Program-made: the position numbers and the translations under genes | The notes under the pieces: model-generated | What the model saw: the letters and a program-made list of their open reading frames with translations, nothing else | Databases searched by the model: none | What the model was told of the DNA's origin: nothing | NCBI GenBank assembly: GCA_963836755.1 | Contig: CAWIKF010000002.1 | Coordinates: forward strand, 1,280,001-1,344,000 | Direction: 5' to 3' | Origin: an uncultured Verrucomicrobiae bacterium | GTDB lineage: Bacteria; Verrucomicrobiota; Verrucomicrobiia; Chthoniobacterales; Chthoniobacteraceae | DNA: 64,000 bases | In this document: positions 29,206 to 39,953 of the stretch, piece by piece | How the letters are laid out: each line of letters opens with the position of its first letter | Numbering within the stretch: position 1 is the stretch's first letter

Positions 29206-29567
29206 CGTTCGCGCAACAATCGACGCAAGGCGGGAATGGAGACAGCCGCAAAAACGAGAGCTATGACAAGCTCGTAGATAGGATTGTCCCATTGAGTGAG
29301 CTCAGACGAGCCATGAGTTTTCACCGGCATGCCGGGAAATGACGCCGTCTTGTCGCCGGTGTCCGTGCTGACCAGCAACGCGACGATCTGCCCTGGACCG
29401 GCGGGAAATTGAATGGTGTAAACGCCACCCGCCATCGACGTAGAGATGCCGCCACCGGACTTCGCGAATGGAAGGAAAAGCAGCACCAGCGGAACGATGA
29501 AACTGATGAACCAATAGCCGACAGTGAGCCAGAGAAATGCAAGAGCGACTCGGGCGGCGCGGTTCAT
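29160..29567 (-). CDS. Cassette gene, two-TM membrane protein
   Basis: Two hydrophobic segments; reads into the attC. Confidence 0.55.
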   Translation of the reverse strand: MNRAARVALAFLWLTVGYWFISFIVPLVLLFLPFAKSGGGISTSMAGGVYTIQFPAGPGQIVALLVSTDTGDKTASFPGMPVKTHGSSELTQWDNPIYELVIALVFAAVSIPALRRLLRERPDKALEPTANGPNA

Positions 29568-29594
29568 TGACTCAGCGGTCTCATCCGTTCGTGC

Positions 29595-29617
29595 TTAGCT
29601 GCATCGCATGGTCAGAC
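29595..29617 (-). repeat. attC left half
   Basis: GTCTGACCATGCGATGCAGCTAA, 7 nt after the stop codon. Confidence 0.65.
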
Positions 29618-29624
29618 CTTGCGG

Positions 29625-29993
29625 TTATTTCTGAAGAGATTGGTTGAAGGAGAGTCGGTTGCCGAATGGGTCGGTGACTTCCATGATCTTTGCGCTCCAC
29701 GCTGTGTCCTCAATGCATGGGTTCATGTTGGGATTCGGGCGGGTGGAAAGCTCGCGGTGAAAGGCCTCAATGTCATCGAGATGAATAAAGGCCTTCGCGC
29801 CCGGACAGGCATCGCCGTAATGTTCCGTGAGATGCAAGATCGCAGAGTCGCGGGAGACTTGGACATATCGCGGCGTGGTAGGTGTGAACCGGTGTTCCCA
29901 ATCGATGCGGAAGCCCAGCCAGTCGACATAAAAAGACCTTGCAAGATCGTAGTCAAAGATGCGGAAGATCGGGATGGGTGCTTCGAGCTTCAT
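29625..29993 (-). CDS. Glyoxalase/bleomycin-resistance family protein (cassette)
   Basis: PIFRIFD, FYVDWLGF.IDWEHRF, LHLTEH.GD, DPFGNRL.F. Confidence 0.85.
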   Translation of the reverse strand: MKLEAPIPIFRIFDYDLARSFYVDWLGFRIDWEHRFTPTTPRYVQVSRDSAILHLTEHYGDACPGAKAFIHLDDIEAFHRELSTRPNPNMNPCIEDTAWSAKIMEVTDPFGNRLSFNQSLQK

Positions 29994-30024
29994 TGGATGG
30001 CATCTCCGATGTGCGAGAGCATAG

Positions 30025-30083
30025 GTCTAAGGGAACAAGATCAGCTACAGGCGGAGGCAGTTAGCTCCATCGCGTGGTCAGGC
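30025..30083 (-). repeat. attC site (59 bp), core mutated to CTTAGAC
   Basis: GCCTGACCACGCGATGGAGCTAAC...GCCTGTAGCTGATCTTGTTCCCTTAGAC. Confidence 0.8.
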
Positions 30084-30482
30084 ATTTCGCAGGGGATTGA
30101 TGCGGGTAAGGAACTGAGCCCTGTGGGTGAGGCAATAGACCAAGATAATGATGCCCACGACAGTGCCGACGGGGAAGCCACAAAGTAAGATCCCGCCATA
30201 GATGACGAGAAACCAAAAGAACCACTCTGCGCGGTAGCAACAACTGAACAATGCGATGCAAAGTAATACGAGGCCCATAAGGCCGAGCGCGAGACCAGCC
30301 GCAGTAGCACAAAGCACCACACCTATGTTCGCGCCAAGGTGCTGTGGCTCTGCGATGCCGCCGCTTCCAAGCGTCCTGAATGCCCCCATCATGCCGATCA
30401 AAGTTCCGAGAAGTCCAACCACAGGCCCAAGCTGGAGAAGTGCGCCTGTCACGGCGAGGGTCTTTCCGCTGGAGGATTCCAT
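30078..30482 (-). CDS. Cassette gene with MotA/TolQ/ExbB-like TM segment
   Basis: P..GLLGT..GM..AF..L, I...L.ATA.GL. Confidence 0.7.
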   Translation of the reverse strand: MESSSGKTLAVTGALLQLGPVVGLLGTLIGMMGAFRTLGSGGIAEPQHLGANIGVVLCATAAGLALGLMGLVLLCIALFSCCYRAEWFFWFLVIYGGILLCGFPVGTVVGIIILVYCLTHRAQFLTRINPLRNA

Positions 30483-30510
30483 ATCGTTCGATTTAGTTGC
30501 GGTTGGAAAC

Positions 30511-30662
30511 GCCTAACATCCTATTGGATCGACGTTCGGGTATCGCGTCAAAGTATGCGTCGGCGTAAGCGGGAGAATGGCGGGCGGGTTTGCCCTGTCA
30601 ATGAGAAAGGGCGCTGCGTGAAAGGGTATCGAGACTGTAGGAAGGCCTCCGGCCTCTCCAGA
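30511..30662 (-). promoter_or_regulatory. Cassette leader copy 1: TTGACA-N16-CATTCT promoter and GTTAGGC junction
   Basis: -35 at 30601-30596, -10 at 30579-30574; homologous to 35632-35850. Confidence 0.65.
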
Positions 30663-30716
30663 CAACGATAGACGAACGGAAATAGCACCCGGCACCGGGT
30701 CATCTACGCCTCCAGC

Positions 30717-30749
30717 AAAAACGCCGTCCCCTTGCGAGGACGGCGTTTG
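30717..30749 (-). terminator. Intrinsic terminator of glnII
   Basis: AAACGCCGTCC...GGACGGCGTTTTT on minus strand. Confidence 0.75.
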
Positions 30750-30772
30750 GTGGAGTGTTGCTGTGCGCTGGC

Positions 30773-31795
30773 TTACGGCTTCGGCACGGTCGCGATGGTC
30801 TGCAAAATGCGGCTCGCGATTTTGTAGGGGTCGCCTTGTGAGTTCGGCCGCCGGTCTTCGAGGTAACCTTTGTAGCCGGCGTTCACGAAGCTGTGCGGGA
30901 CGCGGACGGAGGCGCCGCGGTTGGCGATGCCGTAGTTGAATTTATCGATCGACTGCGTCTCGTGCAGGCCGGTGAGGCGCATGTGGTTATCGGGGCCGTA
31001 GACGGCGATGTGTTCGTTTTTGTATTTGTCGAACGCGGCCATCAGCGCCTCGAAGTAAGGTTTGCCGCCGGTTTCGCGCATGTATTCGGTGGAAAAGTTC
31101 GTGTGCATGCCGGAGCCGTTCCAATCGACTTCCATGCCGAGCGGTTTGCAATGCCAGTTCACGTCCACGGAGTATTTTTCGCACAGGCGCATGAGGAGGT
31201 AGCGGCCCATCCACATCTGGTCGGCAGCGGTTTTGGAGCCTTTGCCGAAGATCTGGAATTCCCACTGGCCTTTGGCGACTTCCGCGTTGATGCCTTCGTG
31301 GTTGATGCCGGCGGCGAGACAGAGGTCGAGGTGCGTGTCCACGATCTCGCGGGCGATGTCGCCGACGGATTCGTAGCCGACGCCGGTGTAGTATTTGCCC
31401 TGCGGCGCAGGGAAGCCGCCGCCACTCGGGAAGCCGAGCGGGACGCCGTCTTGATAGAGGAAATATTCCTGCTCAAAGCCGAACCATGCGCCGGGGTCGT
31501 CGAGGATGGTGGCACGGGCGTTGGTCGGGTGCGGCGAGCCGTCGGGCAGCATGACCTCGCACATGACGAGTGCGGCATCGGTTTTGGTGGCGTCGGGATA
31601 GACGGCGACCGGCTTGAGCATGCAATCGGAGCTGTGGCCTTCGGCCTGCCGGGTGGAGCTGCCGTCGAAGCCCCACATCGGGAGATCTTCGAGGTCGGGG
31701 AATTTTTTAAATTCCTTGACTTGGGTTTTGCCGCGGAGGTTGGCGACGGGCTCGTAGCCGTCGAGCCAGATGTATTCGAGTTTGTATTTTGCCAT
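30773..31795 (-). CDS. glnII: Glutamine synthetase type II
   Basis: 340 aa; [53 protein letters not shown]. Confidence 0.9.
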   Translation of the reverse strand: MAKYKLEYIWLDGYEPVANLRGKTQVKEFKKFPDLEDLPMWGFDGSSTRQAEGHSSDCMLKPVAVYPDATKTDAALVMCEVMLPDGSPHPTNARATILDDPGAWFGFEQEYFLYQDGVPLGFPSGGGFPAPQGKYYTGVGYESVGDIAREIVDTHLDLCLAAGINHEGINAEVAKGQWEFQIFGKGSKTAADQMWMGRYLLMRLCEKYSVDVNWHCKPLGMEVDWNGSGMHTNFSTEYMRETGGKPYFEALMAAFDKYKNEHIAVYGPDNHMRLTGLHETQSIDKFNYGIANRGASVRVPHSFVNAGYKGYLEDRRPNSQGDPYKIASRILQTIATVPKP

Positions 31796-32005
31796 GATGG
31801 TTTTGAATTAAGCGTGTTTGGATTAAAAGGGCTCGACGCGTCAGCGGCCGAGCCTGCGACACGCTTAGCAGCCGCTATGCTAGCGACAAGAAAAAAGCGC
31901 CTTTACTCTACAAATTCGCGCCGCAAGCGCCGTTCGCGGTGCTGCCGGTGGATGAAGTCAGACAGCACGGTGGATTTTGTGCGCAAAAAGATGCAGCGCC
32001 GCATT

Positions 32006-34360
32006 TCAGAGCGACGGGAGCCGTTTCAAGCGCCATCCGGGCTTCGCGAGCGTGCCGTCGGCGACGTATTCGAGAAGTTTGCTCACGGGGAAGAGGAGCA
32101 CGCCTGGCAATCCCTGCGCGTTGAGCCGGATGTTGAAATCGATTTTATCCTCGAGGAAAAAGATCCGCCCGCCGCCGAGCATGCTGAAGCCGCTCCCCTG
32201 CACGAGAAAGTTCTGCGTCGAAATCACGCCGTCGCCCACCTCGAAGTTCGCGCCGGCGCGCCGCGCGGTGTTGTAGCCCATGCCGGGGACGATGGAATTG
32301 AGGATGCCGGAAAGCGGGCCGAGCACCGGGATGGCGAAGACGTTGCCATTGACCACGGCGACCTGGCCGCGGCCTTGCAGCGTGCGCGCATCGTCGCCGC
32401 GCCCGCGGAAGTCGAATGCGCCGCTGAGCAGGCCGCGCGAGTTTTGGTAGTTGAAATAAAGTTTCGTCAGGCTCTCGAAGTCAACATTTTCGGCGCTGAT
32501 CTTCGCCGCGTATCCGGGCGAATCGCGCTTCAGCGAAATATCGGCGTTGCCCCGCAGTCGGCCCGCGTAAAGGGTTCCTGCGAGATCGGAGATTTGCAGC
32601 CGCCCCTCGGTGAAGAGCAGATTTCCGCTCAAGCGCGGGAACGGCAGCACTTTTTTCAAAAACGTGTAATCCATCCCGCCTGGCGCGTTGACGGCGACGT
32701 TGAGCTTCGTCCGGTCGGCGCCGACGTGGCCATTGAGGACGACATCGGGCGCGCCGCGGAATCGATACGGCGCGAGGTTGCGCGGCAGGCCGAGCCCGAT
32801 CCAAGTGGCGACGTCGCCGACGTTGAGATGCGTGCGAATCTGGTCGAGCGACGCCTCGTGCTGCGCAAAATCGTAGCGAAACGTCCCGGTGCCGGTGCCC
32901 TCGTCGCGCACGACTTTGAAATCCTCGAAGCTCACGACTTTATTTTTGACGCGCATCGTCGCGCTTGCGGAATTCAGCGGCACGCCGCGCAGGCGCGTGC
33001 GGCCGAGCTTCACCGCGCCGAGCGCTTCGCATTTGTCGATGTCCGGCGTCGGTCCGCTCGCCGCGAGATCGAAGTGCGGCGATTGCACGAAATCCCAGTC
33101 GCCGAGCAGCGTCGCGGCCGGGCCGGATAAAAGCGGGAGCAGCGTGCGCGGATCGAGCGTGCTCTGCAGACGCGCGCGGAAACTGCCGGGGACTTGCAAG
33201 GCATTCAGCGCGACCGCGCCGGTGCGATTGCGCAGCGAGAAATCCCGCACATACCAGCGCGCGCCGTCGTAGGAAAAACTCGCGGACGCTCCATCGAAGA
33301 CGACCGATTTGACGGCGAACTTTTTCAGCGACGCGCGGCCTGTGAGCTGGACCTTCATCGGATCGCCGGGCAGCGCCTGCGCGGAAATTTCCAGCGCGGG
33401 CGGATCGTAAAAAACCGCCTCGTCGAGCACGTGCGGCACGCGCAGCGAATGCGCGAGCCCTTGCAAATCGAGCGTCGAGCGCAACTGGCCGTCGGCGCGC
33501 TTCGTTGCGAAATCATACGACGCGCTCGCCTCCAGCTTTCCGCGCGCATCCGTCACCGTGCAGCGCGTGAGGCTGCAGACTGCCTCGCGATAACGCAGCG
33601 TCGCCAAAATGTTTTCGATCTGATAACCGCCGCGCCGGATGTTCTGCCCGGCGATCGTCGCCTCGGCGAAAAGCGTTGCCGGCTCCGCGAGATCGCCGCT
33701 GAACTCGATCTCGATCCGCGGCGGCGTCCCGAGAAAGCTGACGGTGCGCAATTCACTGAGGATGTCCGACAGCGTTTGTTGCCGCTGCGCCGATTGTGCG
33801 TTTGGACCGCCGTCCGACCCGATTTTCCACGCCTGCGGATTCAGCAGCCGCCCACGCGCAGAAACTTGGATGCCATAGACGCGCGCCTCCGCCTCGCTCA
33901 AGTAAAGCTGCTCCGGCGGCAGCAAAAGCCGCGCGTTCAACCGCGAAATTTCCACGCGTTCGCTGTCGGGATCGCCCGGGTCGAGCGGAAGCGCGAGATT
34001 GGCATCCTGCAAATCGACTGCGTTCAAAAACGGCCCGCCGCGGATGAGATTCGAGTAGTTCAGGTCAAGCACTACGCGATTGATGACAGCGACCGCGCGT
34101 CCCGGCCGCCGCGGATCAATGATCCGCACCTCGCGCGCGACCAGTCCGTGCAGCGGATCGAGCGTCAACCGCTGCATCGAGACGTCGACGCCGCGCTTGC
34201 GAAATTCCTGCGTGACCAGCGTGCGCCATTTCCGGCTGAAGCCGTGACTCGATGCGTAAAAGCCGAGCCAGAGCACCGTCGCGAACACGAGCGCGTAGAT
34301 GCATTGGATGAGTCGATGCAGCAGACGTCGCATGAGTGCGGCGAGAGTAACCGCACGCAT
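32006..34360 (-). CDS. AsmA-like (YhdP/TamB-type) envelope protein
   Basis: N-terminal TM anchor, beta-rich repeats, AsmA_2-like C-terminus ending GTL..P.W. Confidence 0.7.
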   Translation of the reverse strand: MRAVTLAALMRRLLHRLIQCIYALVFATVLWLGFYASSHGFSRKWRTLVTQEFRKRGVDVSMQRLTLDPLHGLVAREVRIIDPRRPGRAVAVINRVVLDLNYSNLIRGGPFLNAVDLQDANLALPLDPGDPDSERVEISRLNARLLLPPEQLYLSEAEARVYGIQVSARGRLLNPQAWKIGSDGGPNAQSAQRQQTLSDILSELRTVSFLGTPPRIEIEFSGDLAEPATLFAEATIAGQNIRRGGYQIENILATLRYREAVCSLTRCTVTDARGKLEASASYDFATKRADGQLRSTLDLQGLAHSLRVPHVLDEAVFYDPPALEISAQALPGDPMKVQLTGRASLKKFAVKSVVFDGASASFSYDGARWYVRDFSLRNRTGAVALNALQVPGSFRARLQSTLDPRTLLPLLSGPAATLLGDWDFVQSPHFDLAASGPTPDIDKCEALGAVKLGRTRLRGVPLNSASATMRVKNKVVSFEDFKVVRDEGTGTGTFRYDFAQHEASLDQIRTHLNVGDVATWIGLGLPRNLAPYRFRGAPDVVLNGHVGADRTKLNVAVNAPGGMDYTFLKKVLPFPRLSGNLLFTEGRLQISDLAGTLYAGRLRGNADISLKRDSPGYAAKISAENVDFESLTKLYFNYQNSRGLLSGAFDFRGRGDDARTLQGRGQVAVVNGNVFAIPVLGPLSGILNSIVPGMGYNTARRAGANFEVGDGVISTQNFLVQGSGFSMLGGGRIFFLEDKIDFNIRLNAQGLPGVLLFPVSKLLEYVADGTLAKPGWRLKRLPSL

Positions 34361-34566
34361 CGCGCGCGGGAAGTTTTTCCGTCAGCGTGGTTCGTCCAAG
34401 CGGTCAGCCGCCGCTGGCAGGCATGCCTACTTTCAATCCCCGGCAAAGGCGGCGGCGCCTGATAAGACTCCGCATAAAAGCGGATGCCACAACTCGGACA
34501 ATGCGGGTAAGGCTGGAGCACGAGTGGCCCGCGACAGGCGCATTACACAGTTAGCATCGGTTGAAG

Positions 34567-35046
34567 TCAAAGTGTAGCTATAATCCTAGCCCGCTGTTGC
34601 TGGTATTCTTGTTCTGTGATCGATGAAGAACGCTTCATCTCGTCGAGACGTTTGAGTCGCTCCTCAGCCGTTGTGCCAGTCGGCTGCTTCTCCGCGCGCA
34701 ATCCCTCGGCGATGGCTCCTGCAACCGTGCCAACTCCAGACCGTGTCTCGGCTGCGACGTAGTTAAAGCTATCCGCCGCCACAGGTGCAGTCTCGGCAGC
34801 GGAATACCGCGCCGCTGCTCCCATGTAGCCAACCATGCAACATACTGCACCGAAAAATAGGAATGGCATTCCGACAAAGATGCACCAGAAAAGGTGCGGT
34901 GATTGAAAGCTATTCGCCGCCGAAAAGAAGTCGCCCAAACCGATTACAATAAATAGCGCGCCTATCGCTAAAAGAAAAGGCCCAGCTACTCGTAATAGCG
35001 AGCGGAGTCGTCCATGGTAAGGAGCTGCGATGGAGTTTGATTTCAT
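34567..35046 (-). CDS. Cassette gene: two TM helices plus SHOCT domain
   Basis: ERLKRLDEMK....ITEQEYQQQRARII. Confidence 0.75.
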   Translation of the reverse strand: MKSNSIAAPYHGRLRSLLRVAGPFLLAIGALFIVIGLGDFFSAANSFQSPHLFWCIFVGMPFLFFGAVCCMVGYMGAAARYSAAETAPVAADSFNYVAAETRSGVGTVAGAIAEGLRAEKQPTGTTAEERLKRLDEMKRSSSITEQEYQQQRARIIATL

Positions 35047-35061
35047 AGGGTGAGATGGATT

Positions 35062-35098
35062 GGATAACGAGAACAAGATGAGCTATAGGCGGCCAGGC
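35062..35098 (-). repeat. Collapsed attC site
   Basis: GCCTGGCCGCCTATAGCTCATCTTGTTCTCGTTATCC. Confidence 0.6.
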
Positions 35099-35691
35099 AT
35101 TTGACTGGTTTGCGACTGGCGTTCTTCGCTGGGAACTCCTAGGATGCCCAGGCCCTTTAATCGCGCGAAGATACCTTCGGAAGCAGCAGGTAAAAGGTGT
35201 GCAGGTAGTTTCGCCAACTGCAGTGCAAGCTCTGGTCCCGATGCAGCGCCGGAAGCCTCCAAAGCCTTCATCGCATACAACAATGCTCCCATGCTGTGGT
35301 CGCCCATGTGCGCGGTGGCGACAGCCTGCCCGGCAGCGCGGGCCGCTGCGATCGCGGCCTTGTCGGTGGCTTCCCGCGCTGCTGCGTGAGCAGCCAATGA
35401 CGCCTTCATCGCCACGCCTGTCTTGACTTCGCCGTTCGCCCAGGCGCGGCATACTTCCAAGGCGTTCCTTGGCCGAATGTCGTCGCACTGACGGGTGAAA
35501 AGGTGCAACACGCGCTCGGCACAATCTGCTGCCCATCGCGCAAGAAAGCGGTGACTCTCGCGATCAAGCAAGCCGCCTCGATGAACGGCTACAAATCGTC
35601 GGTCTCGCGAGGGAGTGACGATGCGCGATTGGGCTGACACACCGATCCGGCCGGCTGGCATTGACCTACGCCTCGTAGTCCGTGTCGGCAT
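35083..35691 (-). CDS. Imm5-like putative immunity protein (start uncertain)
   Basis: WAADCAERVL, D.RPR.A, AHAAAR, AARAAGQAVATAH..H. Confidence 0.75.
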   Translation of the reverse strand: MPTRTTRRRSMPAGRIGVSAQSRIVTPSRDRRFVAVHRGGLLDRESHRFLARWAADCAERVLHLFTRQCDDIRPRNALEVCRAWANGEVKTGVAMKASLAAHAAAREATDKAAIAAARAAGQAVATAHMGDHSMGALLYAMKALEASGAASGPELALQLAKLPAHLLPAASEGIFARLKGLGILGVPSEERQSQTSQMPGRL

Positions 35692-35850
35692 AAGCGGTAG
35701 AATGGTTGGCGCATTTGCCCGGTCAAGAAGAAAGGGTTGCTGTGGAAACCGAACGGCGCCGGCTTCCATGCGCATCACGGCAACTTTCGGCTCCTAGTCG
35801 CGCGCGGAAGGAGCCTGAGACTGTAGCAAGGCATTTTGGCACTCCAGATG
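35632..35850 (-). promoter_or_regulatory. Cassette leader copy 2: TTGACC-N16-CATTCT promoter and GTCAGCC junction
   Basis: -35 at 35726-35721, -10 at 35704-35699; homologous to 30511-30662. Confidence 0.6.
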
Positions 35851-36133
35851 AGCGTTTTCAGCTGCAGAACGGCGTCTGGCCTCTCCAGATGAGAATTTGA
35901 AGCTTTAAAAAGGCGTCTGGCCTCTCCAGATGAGAATTTGAAGCTTCAAAATGGCGTCTGGCCGCTCCAGATGAGAATTTGTGGCTTCAAAAAGCCGTCT
36001 GGCCGCTCCAGATGAGAATTTGTGGCTTCAAAATGCCGTCTGGCCGCGCCAGATGAGAATTTGAAGCTTCAAAAAGCCGTCTGGCCGCGCCAGATGCTGT
36101 TTTGAAGTCCCGGATTGGCATCTGGACGCTCCG
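35830..36133. repeat. 41-bp tandem repeat, about 7 copies
   Basis: GGCGTCTGGCCTCTCCAGATGAGAATTTGAAGCTTCAAAAA; unit starts 35830, 35871, 35912, 35953, 35994, 36035, 36076, partial 36117. Confidence 0.9.
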
Positions 36134-36324
36134 CGGACAATCGGGAAGGCTCAGACGAATGGCCACAGGGCCATCATCCAGAGCCTGCGCGCCGATAGTG
36201 TCTCCTTTAAATGCCAGAATCTGTCCCGACCCGAAGGCGGTTCGAGATGCTGATTCTTCCCCACTTTCCGGCAGAATATATTTCCTCCATCCGCTTCGGC
36301 AGCTAGATATGTGGCCGTGCGTCT

Positions 36325-37119
36325 ATGACTGAGTATCTCGATCTCCTCCGCCTGGTGCTGGAAAAGGGGCGGCCAAAAGGCGACCGCACCGGCACCGGAA
36401 CGCATTCGGTTTTTGGCGCGCAGGCGCGGTTCGATCTGCGGGAAAAGTTCCCGCTTTTGACCACGAAGAAGCTGCATCTCAAATCGATCATCCATGAGCT
36501 GCTCTGGTTTTTGCGCGGTGAAACAAATGTAAAATATCTGCGCGAGCGGGGCGTGACGATTTGGGACGAATGGGCGGACGCGAACGGCGACCTCGGCCCG
36601 GTGTATGGCGCGCAATGGCGCGGTTGGCGTGCCGCGGATGGGCGGGTGATCGATCAGATCGCGTGGGTGATCGGCGAGATTCGCAGGAATCCGGAGAGCC
36701 GCCGCTTGATCGTGAGCGCGTGGAATGTCGGCGAGCTCTCGCGGATGGCGCTGCCGCCGTGTCATCTGCTGTTCCAGTTTTTCGTGCAGGATGGCGAGCT
36801 CAGCTGCCAGCTTTACCAGCGGAGCGCGGATTTGTTTCTCGGCGTGCCGTTCAATCTCGCGAGCTACGCGCTGCTGACGATGATGGTGGCGCAGGTGTGC
36901 GGGCTGCGCGCTGGGGATTTCGTGCAGACGTTTGGCGATTTGCACTTGTATGACAATCATCGCGAACAGGCGCGGGAACAGCTTTCGCGAGCGCCGCGCC
37001 CGCTGCCGGTGATGCGGCTGAACCCGGCGGTGCGGGAGATCGATGATTTCAAATTCGAAGACTTCGAGCTGTGCGGCTACGATCCGCATCCGGCGATCAA
37101 GGCGCCGATCGCGGTTTGA
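36325..37119 (+). CDS. thyA: Thymidylate synthase
   Basis: [37 protein letters not shown]. Confidence 0.97.
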   Translation: MTEYLDLLRLVLEKGRPKGDRTGTGTHSVFGAQARFDLREKFPLLTTKKLHLKSIIHELLWFLRGETNVKYLRERGVTIWDEWADANGDLGPVYGAQWRGWRAADGRVIDQIAWVIGEIRRNPESRRLIVSAWNVGELSRMALPPCHLLFQFFVQDGELSCQLYQRSADLFLGVPFNLASYALLTMMVAQVCGLRAGDFVQTFGDLHLYDNHREQAREQLSRAPRPLPVMRLNPAVREIDDFKFEDFELCGYDPHPAIKAPIAV

Positions 37120-37565
37120 AGGCGATCGCCGCGATGTCCCTCAATCGCGTGATCGGGCGCGGCGGCAAAATCCCGTGGCATCTGCCGGCGGATTTCCGCT
37201 TTTTTAAACAAACGACGCTGGGTTGCGTGGTGCTGATGGGGCGCAAAACTTTCGAGTCGCTGGGGCGCCCGCTGCCGGGTCGCACGAATGTGGTGCTCTC
37301 GCGAAGCGGCTCCATTGCTGGCGTGGAGACGATTCGCAGCCTGGCGGACTTTGATCCGGCGCGCTACGCGAGCGAGGTTTTCGTGATCGGCGGCGCGGAG
37401 GTCTACGCGCAACTTTTACCGCGGTGCTCGGAGCTTTTTCTCAGCGTCGTGCTGCGCGAAGTGGAGGGCGACGCGTTGTTCCCGCCGTTCGAGGAGCTGT
37501 TCGAGTTCGCCGGCGTGATCGAGGCGCACGCGGAGTTTGAGGTGCGCCGCTACTGCAGGCGATAA
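37116..37565 (+). CDS. folA: Dihydrofolate reductase
   Basis: TTG start overlapping thyA stop; [28 protein letters not shown]. Confidence 0.92.
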   Translation: MKAIAAMSLNRVIGRGGKIPWHLPADFRFFKQTTLGCVVLMGRKTFESLGRPLPGRTNVVLSRSGSIAGVETIRSLADFDPARYASEVFVIGGAEVYAQLLPRCSELFLSVVLREVEGDALFPPFEELFEFAGVIEAHAEFEVRRYCRR

Positions 37566-39058
37566 ACGGCGAGGCCGGGGTGCAGGTAGATGACGGTGCC
37601 GCGCGGTCGGGACCAAAGTTTTTCGCCGCGCGCGAAGAGCTCATCGTAAAACGCGCGACGCTGCTCGTATTCGCCGCGATACTCGACGCGCGCTTTGCCG
37701 GCGCGGCGGAAGTAGCGGCCGTAGTCGCTCTCGGACGCGACGAAATAGTTGACGCCATCGCGCTTTAACTGACTGAAATCGTCGAAGTCCTTTTTGTTTT
37801 CGATCACGCGCTGCGGGATCGGCTGCTGCCACGGGAGTCGGCTCGGCCGCGCCGCGACGGGGAGGTCGGCATGGTCATCCTGCGCGATGAGCGCGTGCGC
37901 AGGAAGCTGCGCGAGAATCCACGCCGTCAGCTCGCGGCGGTCATCGTGCGCAAAGGCGACGGCGTATTTGACGAGGCTGAAAAGCTGGCACGCCGCGGCG
38001 ATGGCGAAACAGGTGGCGAGCGCGACCCGCGTGGAGATTTTCCTGCCGAAAAACTCTGCCGCCGCGACGAGGCCGAATGCAGCGTCGAGGGCAAAAAGTC
38101 CGGTCGCGGGGAGGAGGTAGCGGTCGTTCGATTTCGGCGAGCAGGCGAGCATGAGGAGATAGGCGAAGGGGAAAACAGCGACCGTCCATTCCATGAAATC
38201 GAGGCTGCGGCGGTCGCGCCAAACTTTGACGAGGAAGCACGCGAGGAAAAGCCAGAGCGCGACGTTCATGTTCTGCGCGAGGATGGAAAAGTATTCAGTG
38301 TTTGGGATGGTGTGCGTCATCCCGCGCTGCCCCTGCGCGGCGAGCGCGACCTCGCGATGAAACGATTGTTTAAACTCGGTGAAATTCGCGAAAAGTGGGT
38401 AATTCGCGCACGCTGCGACTAGCACGAAAGCCGCGAGAAAAATCGCGAAGACGCCACCGCGCGATCCGCGCGGAGCGCGCCACAACGCAGGCAGCGCGGG
38501 GATGAGGAGGACGGCGCCGATGTATTTCGCGGACAGGGCGAGCGCGCACGCGACGCCGAGAAATGCGGCAGCTGCCAGGGACTTTTTTGCGCAGAAAATC
38601 TGCAGCGCGAGAAACGTCAGCGCGACGCCCATGAAGAGCGCGGCGTCTTCCTTGAAATAATGCGCGAGCTCGAAGACTTGGTGATGCAGACCGACGAAAA
38701 GCGCGGCGGCGGCGAAGGCGAGGGGGCCACGCATCCGCCACGCGAGCAGCGCGAGCGCTGACGCGCCGGCTGCGCTGTAAATCGCGGAGAGCCAGCGGCC
38801 GGCGATGACGATGTGCTGCGGGTCGCGTGGCACGCGAAGGGCCGTCACCACTGCTTTCGCGGCCACTAGCATCATCGCGGGATGATGAAAATTCCATTTG
38901 TCCTGCAGGATTTGCGCGACTTTATCCGGCTCGTCCGGATGGTAAAAAAACGGGAAATCGTTGTGCCGCGTGTAGAGCCAAATGAGCGCGGCGAAAAGGA
39001 GCAGCGCGCACGGGACGCGGAATTTTTCCAGCGCGGCGCGCTCTGCCTGCGCGGCCAT
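37550..39058 (-). CDS. Multi-TM GT-C (PMT/ArnT-like) glycosyltransferase
   Basis: HPDE loop after TM1, many TMs, SAKY, DRYLLP. Confidence 0.7.
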   Translation of the reverse strand: MAAQAERAALEKFRVPCALLLFAALIWLYTRHNDFPFFYHPDEPDKVAQILQDKWNFHHPAMMLVAAKAVVTALRVPRDPQHIVIAGRWLSAIYSAAGASALALLAWRMRGPLAFAAAALFVGLHHQVFELAHYFKEDAALFMGVALTFLALQIFCAKKSLAAAAFLGVACALALSAKYIGAVLLIPALPALWRAPRGSRGGVFAIFLAAFVLVAACANYPLFANFTEFKQSFHREVALAAQGQRGMTHTIPNTEYFSILAQNMNVALWLFLACFLVKVWRDRRSLDFMEWTVAVFPFAYLLMLACSPKSNDRYLLPATGLFALDAAFGLVAAAEFFGRKISTRVALATCFAIAAACQLFSLVKYAVAFAHDDRRELTAWILAQLPAHALIAQDDHADLPVAARPSRLPWQQPIPQRVIENKKDFDDFSQLKRDGVNYFVASESDYGRYFRRAGKARVEYRGEYEQRRAFYDELFARGEKLWSRPRGTVIYLHPGLAVYRLQ

Positions 39059-39943
39059 TTACAGCTTCATGCGCTGGTCGATCAGGTCGGCGAGCAGCCC
39101 GATGAAAAGCATCTGAATTCCGGTCAGCACGAGCAGGATCGAGAGCAGGCCGAGACGGCCGCCAGTGCCGTGATGAAACAGATCCGCGTAGTCGATGATG
39201 CCTTTGAGAATGCCGAGAAACATCATCAGGATCGCGGGCGGGACGAAGACGTTGAGCGGCTTGAAATACGCGCAGATGCGGATGATGAGGATCGTGAAAT
39301 TCACCGTGTCGCGGATCGGGTGAATGGTCGAGGTGCCGACACGTCGATGGTAGTTGATCGACAAGAATTTCACGCGGTAATGGTTCGTCAGCATCGCGAG
39401 CGTGATCGTGGTGGTGAACGAAAAACCGTCGGGATAAAGGGAGAGAAAGCGGAGCGCGACGTCTTTGCGAAATACGCGCAGGCCGGAGTTCAGATCGGGA
39501 ATTTCCTGCTGGCTCAAATACTCCGCAAGCCGCGTGATTAGCCACTTCGCGGGCCGGCGCAGCAGCGGGATTTGCACGACCGCGCCGGTGCGCGCGCCGA
39601 CGACCATGTCGAAGTTTGGCGCGTCGGCCATGAGGCGCGGGATTTCCTCGAGCGGGTAAGTGCCGTCCGCGTCCGCGATTAAAATATAGTCGTGCTTCGC
39701 GCGCGCCATGCCGCTTTTCAAGCCGGCGCCGTAGCCGCGATTGACCGGATGCTCGATGAGTGTGACCGGCAGTGTGCGCGCGATTTCGCCAGTGCGATCT
39801 TTTGATCCGTCGTTGATGACGACGATCTCGAGATCCTTGAAATGCGAGCGCTGCTGCGCGATGAGCTCGACTGTGGACTTGATCGATTCCGCTTCGTTGT
39901 AAGCGGGGATGAGGATGCTGACGGAAAGCTCGGAAACGTCCAT
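39059..39943 (-). CDS. GT2 polyprenol-phosphate glycosyltransferase
   Basis: IPAYNE, NDGSKD, DADG.Y, D.NSG.R; C-terminal TMs. Confidence 0.9.
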   Translation of the reverse strand: MDVSELSVSILIPAYNEAESIKSTVELIAQQRSHFKDLEIVVINDGSKDRTGEIARTLPVTLIEHPVNRGYGAGLKSGMARAKHDYILIADADGTYPLEEIPRLMADAPNFDMVVGARTGAVVQIPLLRRPAKWLITRLAEYLSQQEIPDLNSGLRVFRKDVALRFLSLYPDGFSFTTTITLAMLTNHYRVKFLSINYHRRVGTSTIHPIRDTVNFTILIIRICAYFKPLNVFVPPAILMMFLGILKGIIDYADLFHHGTGGRLGLLSILLVLTGIQMLFIGLLADLIDQRMKL

Positions 39944-39953
39944 GCGACGATGT

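Noticed and set aside
30893..33130. 745-aa plus-strand ORF
   Set aside because: Antisense shadow of glnII and the AsmA-like gene in GC-rich DNA
34370..34550. Zinc-ribbon gene remnant (CPSCG)
   Set aside because: Single CxxC, no clear start, and it overlaps the AsmA upstream region
35830..36133. CRISPR array
   Set aside because: Units are near-identical along their whole length, there are no unique spacers and no cas operon
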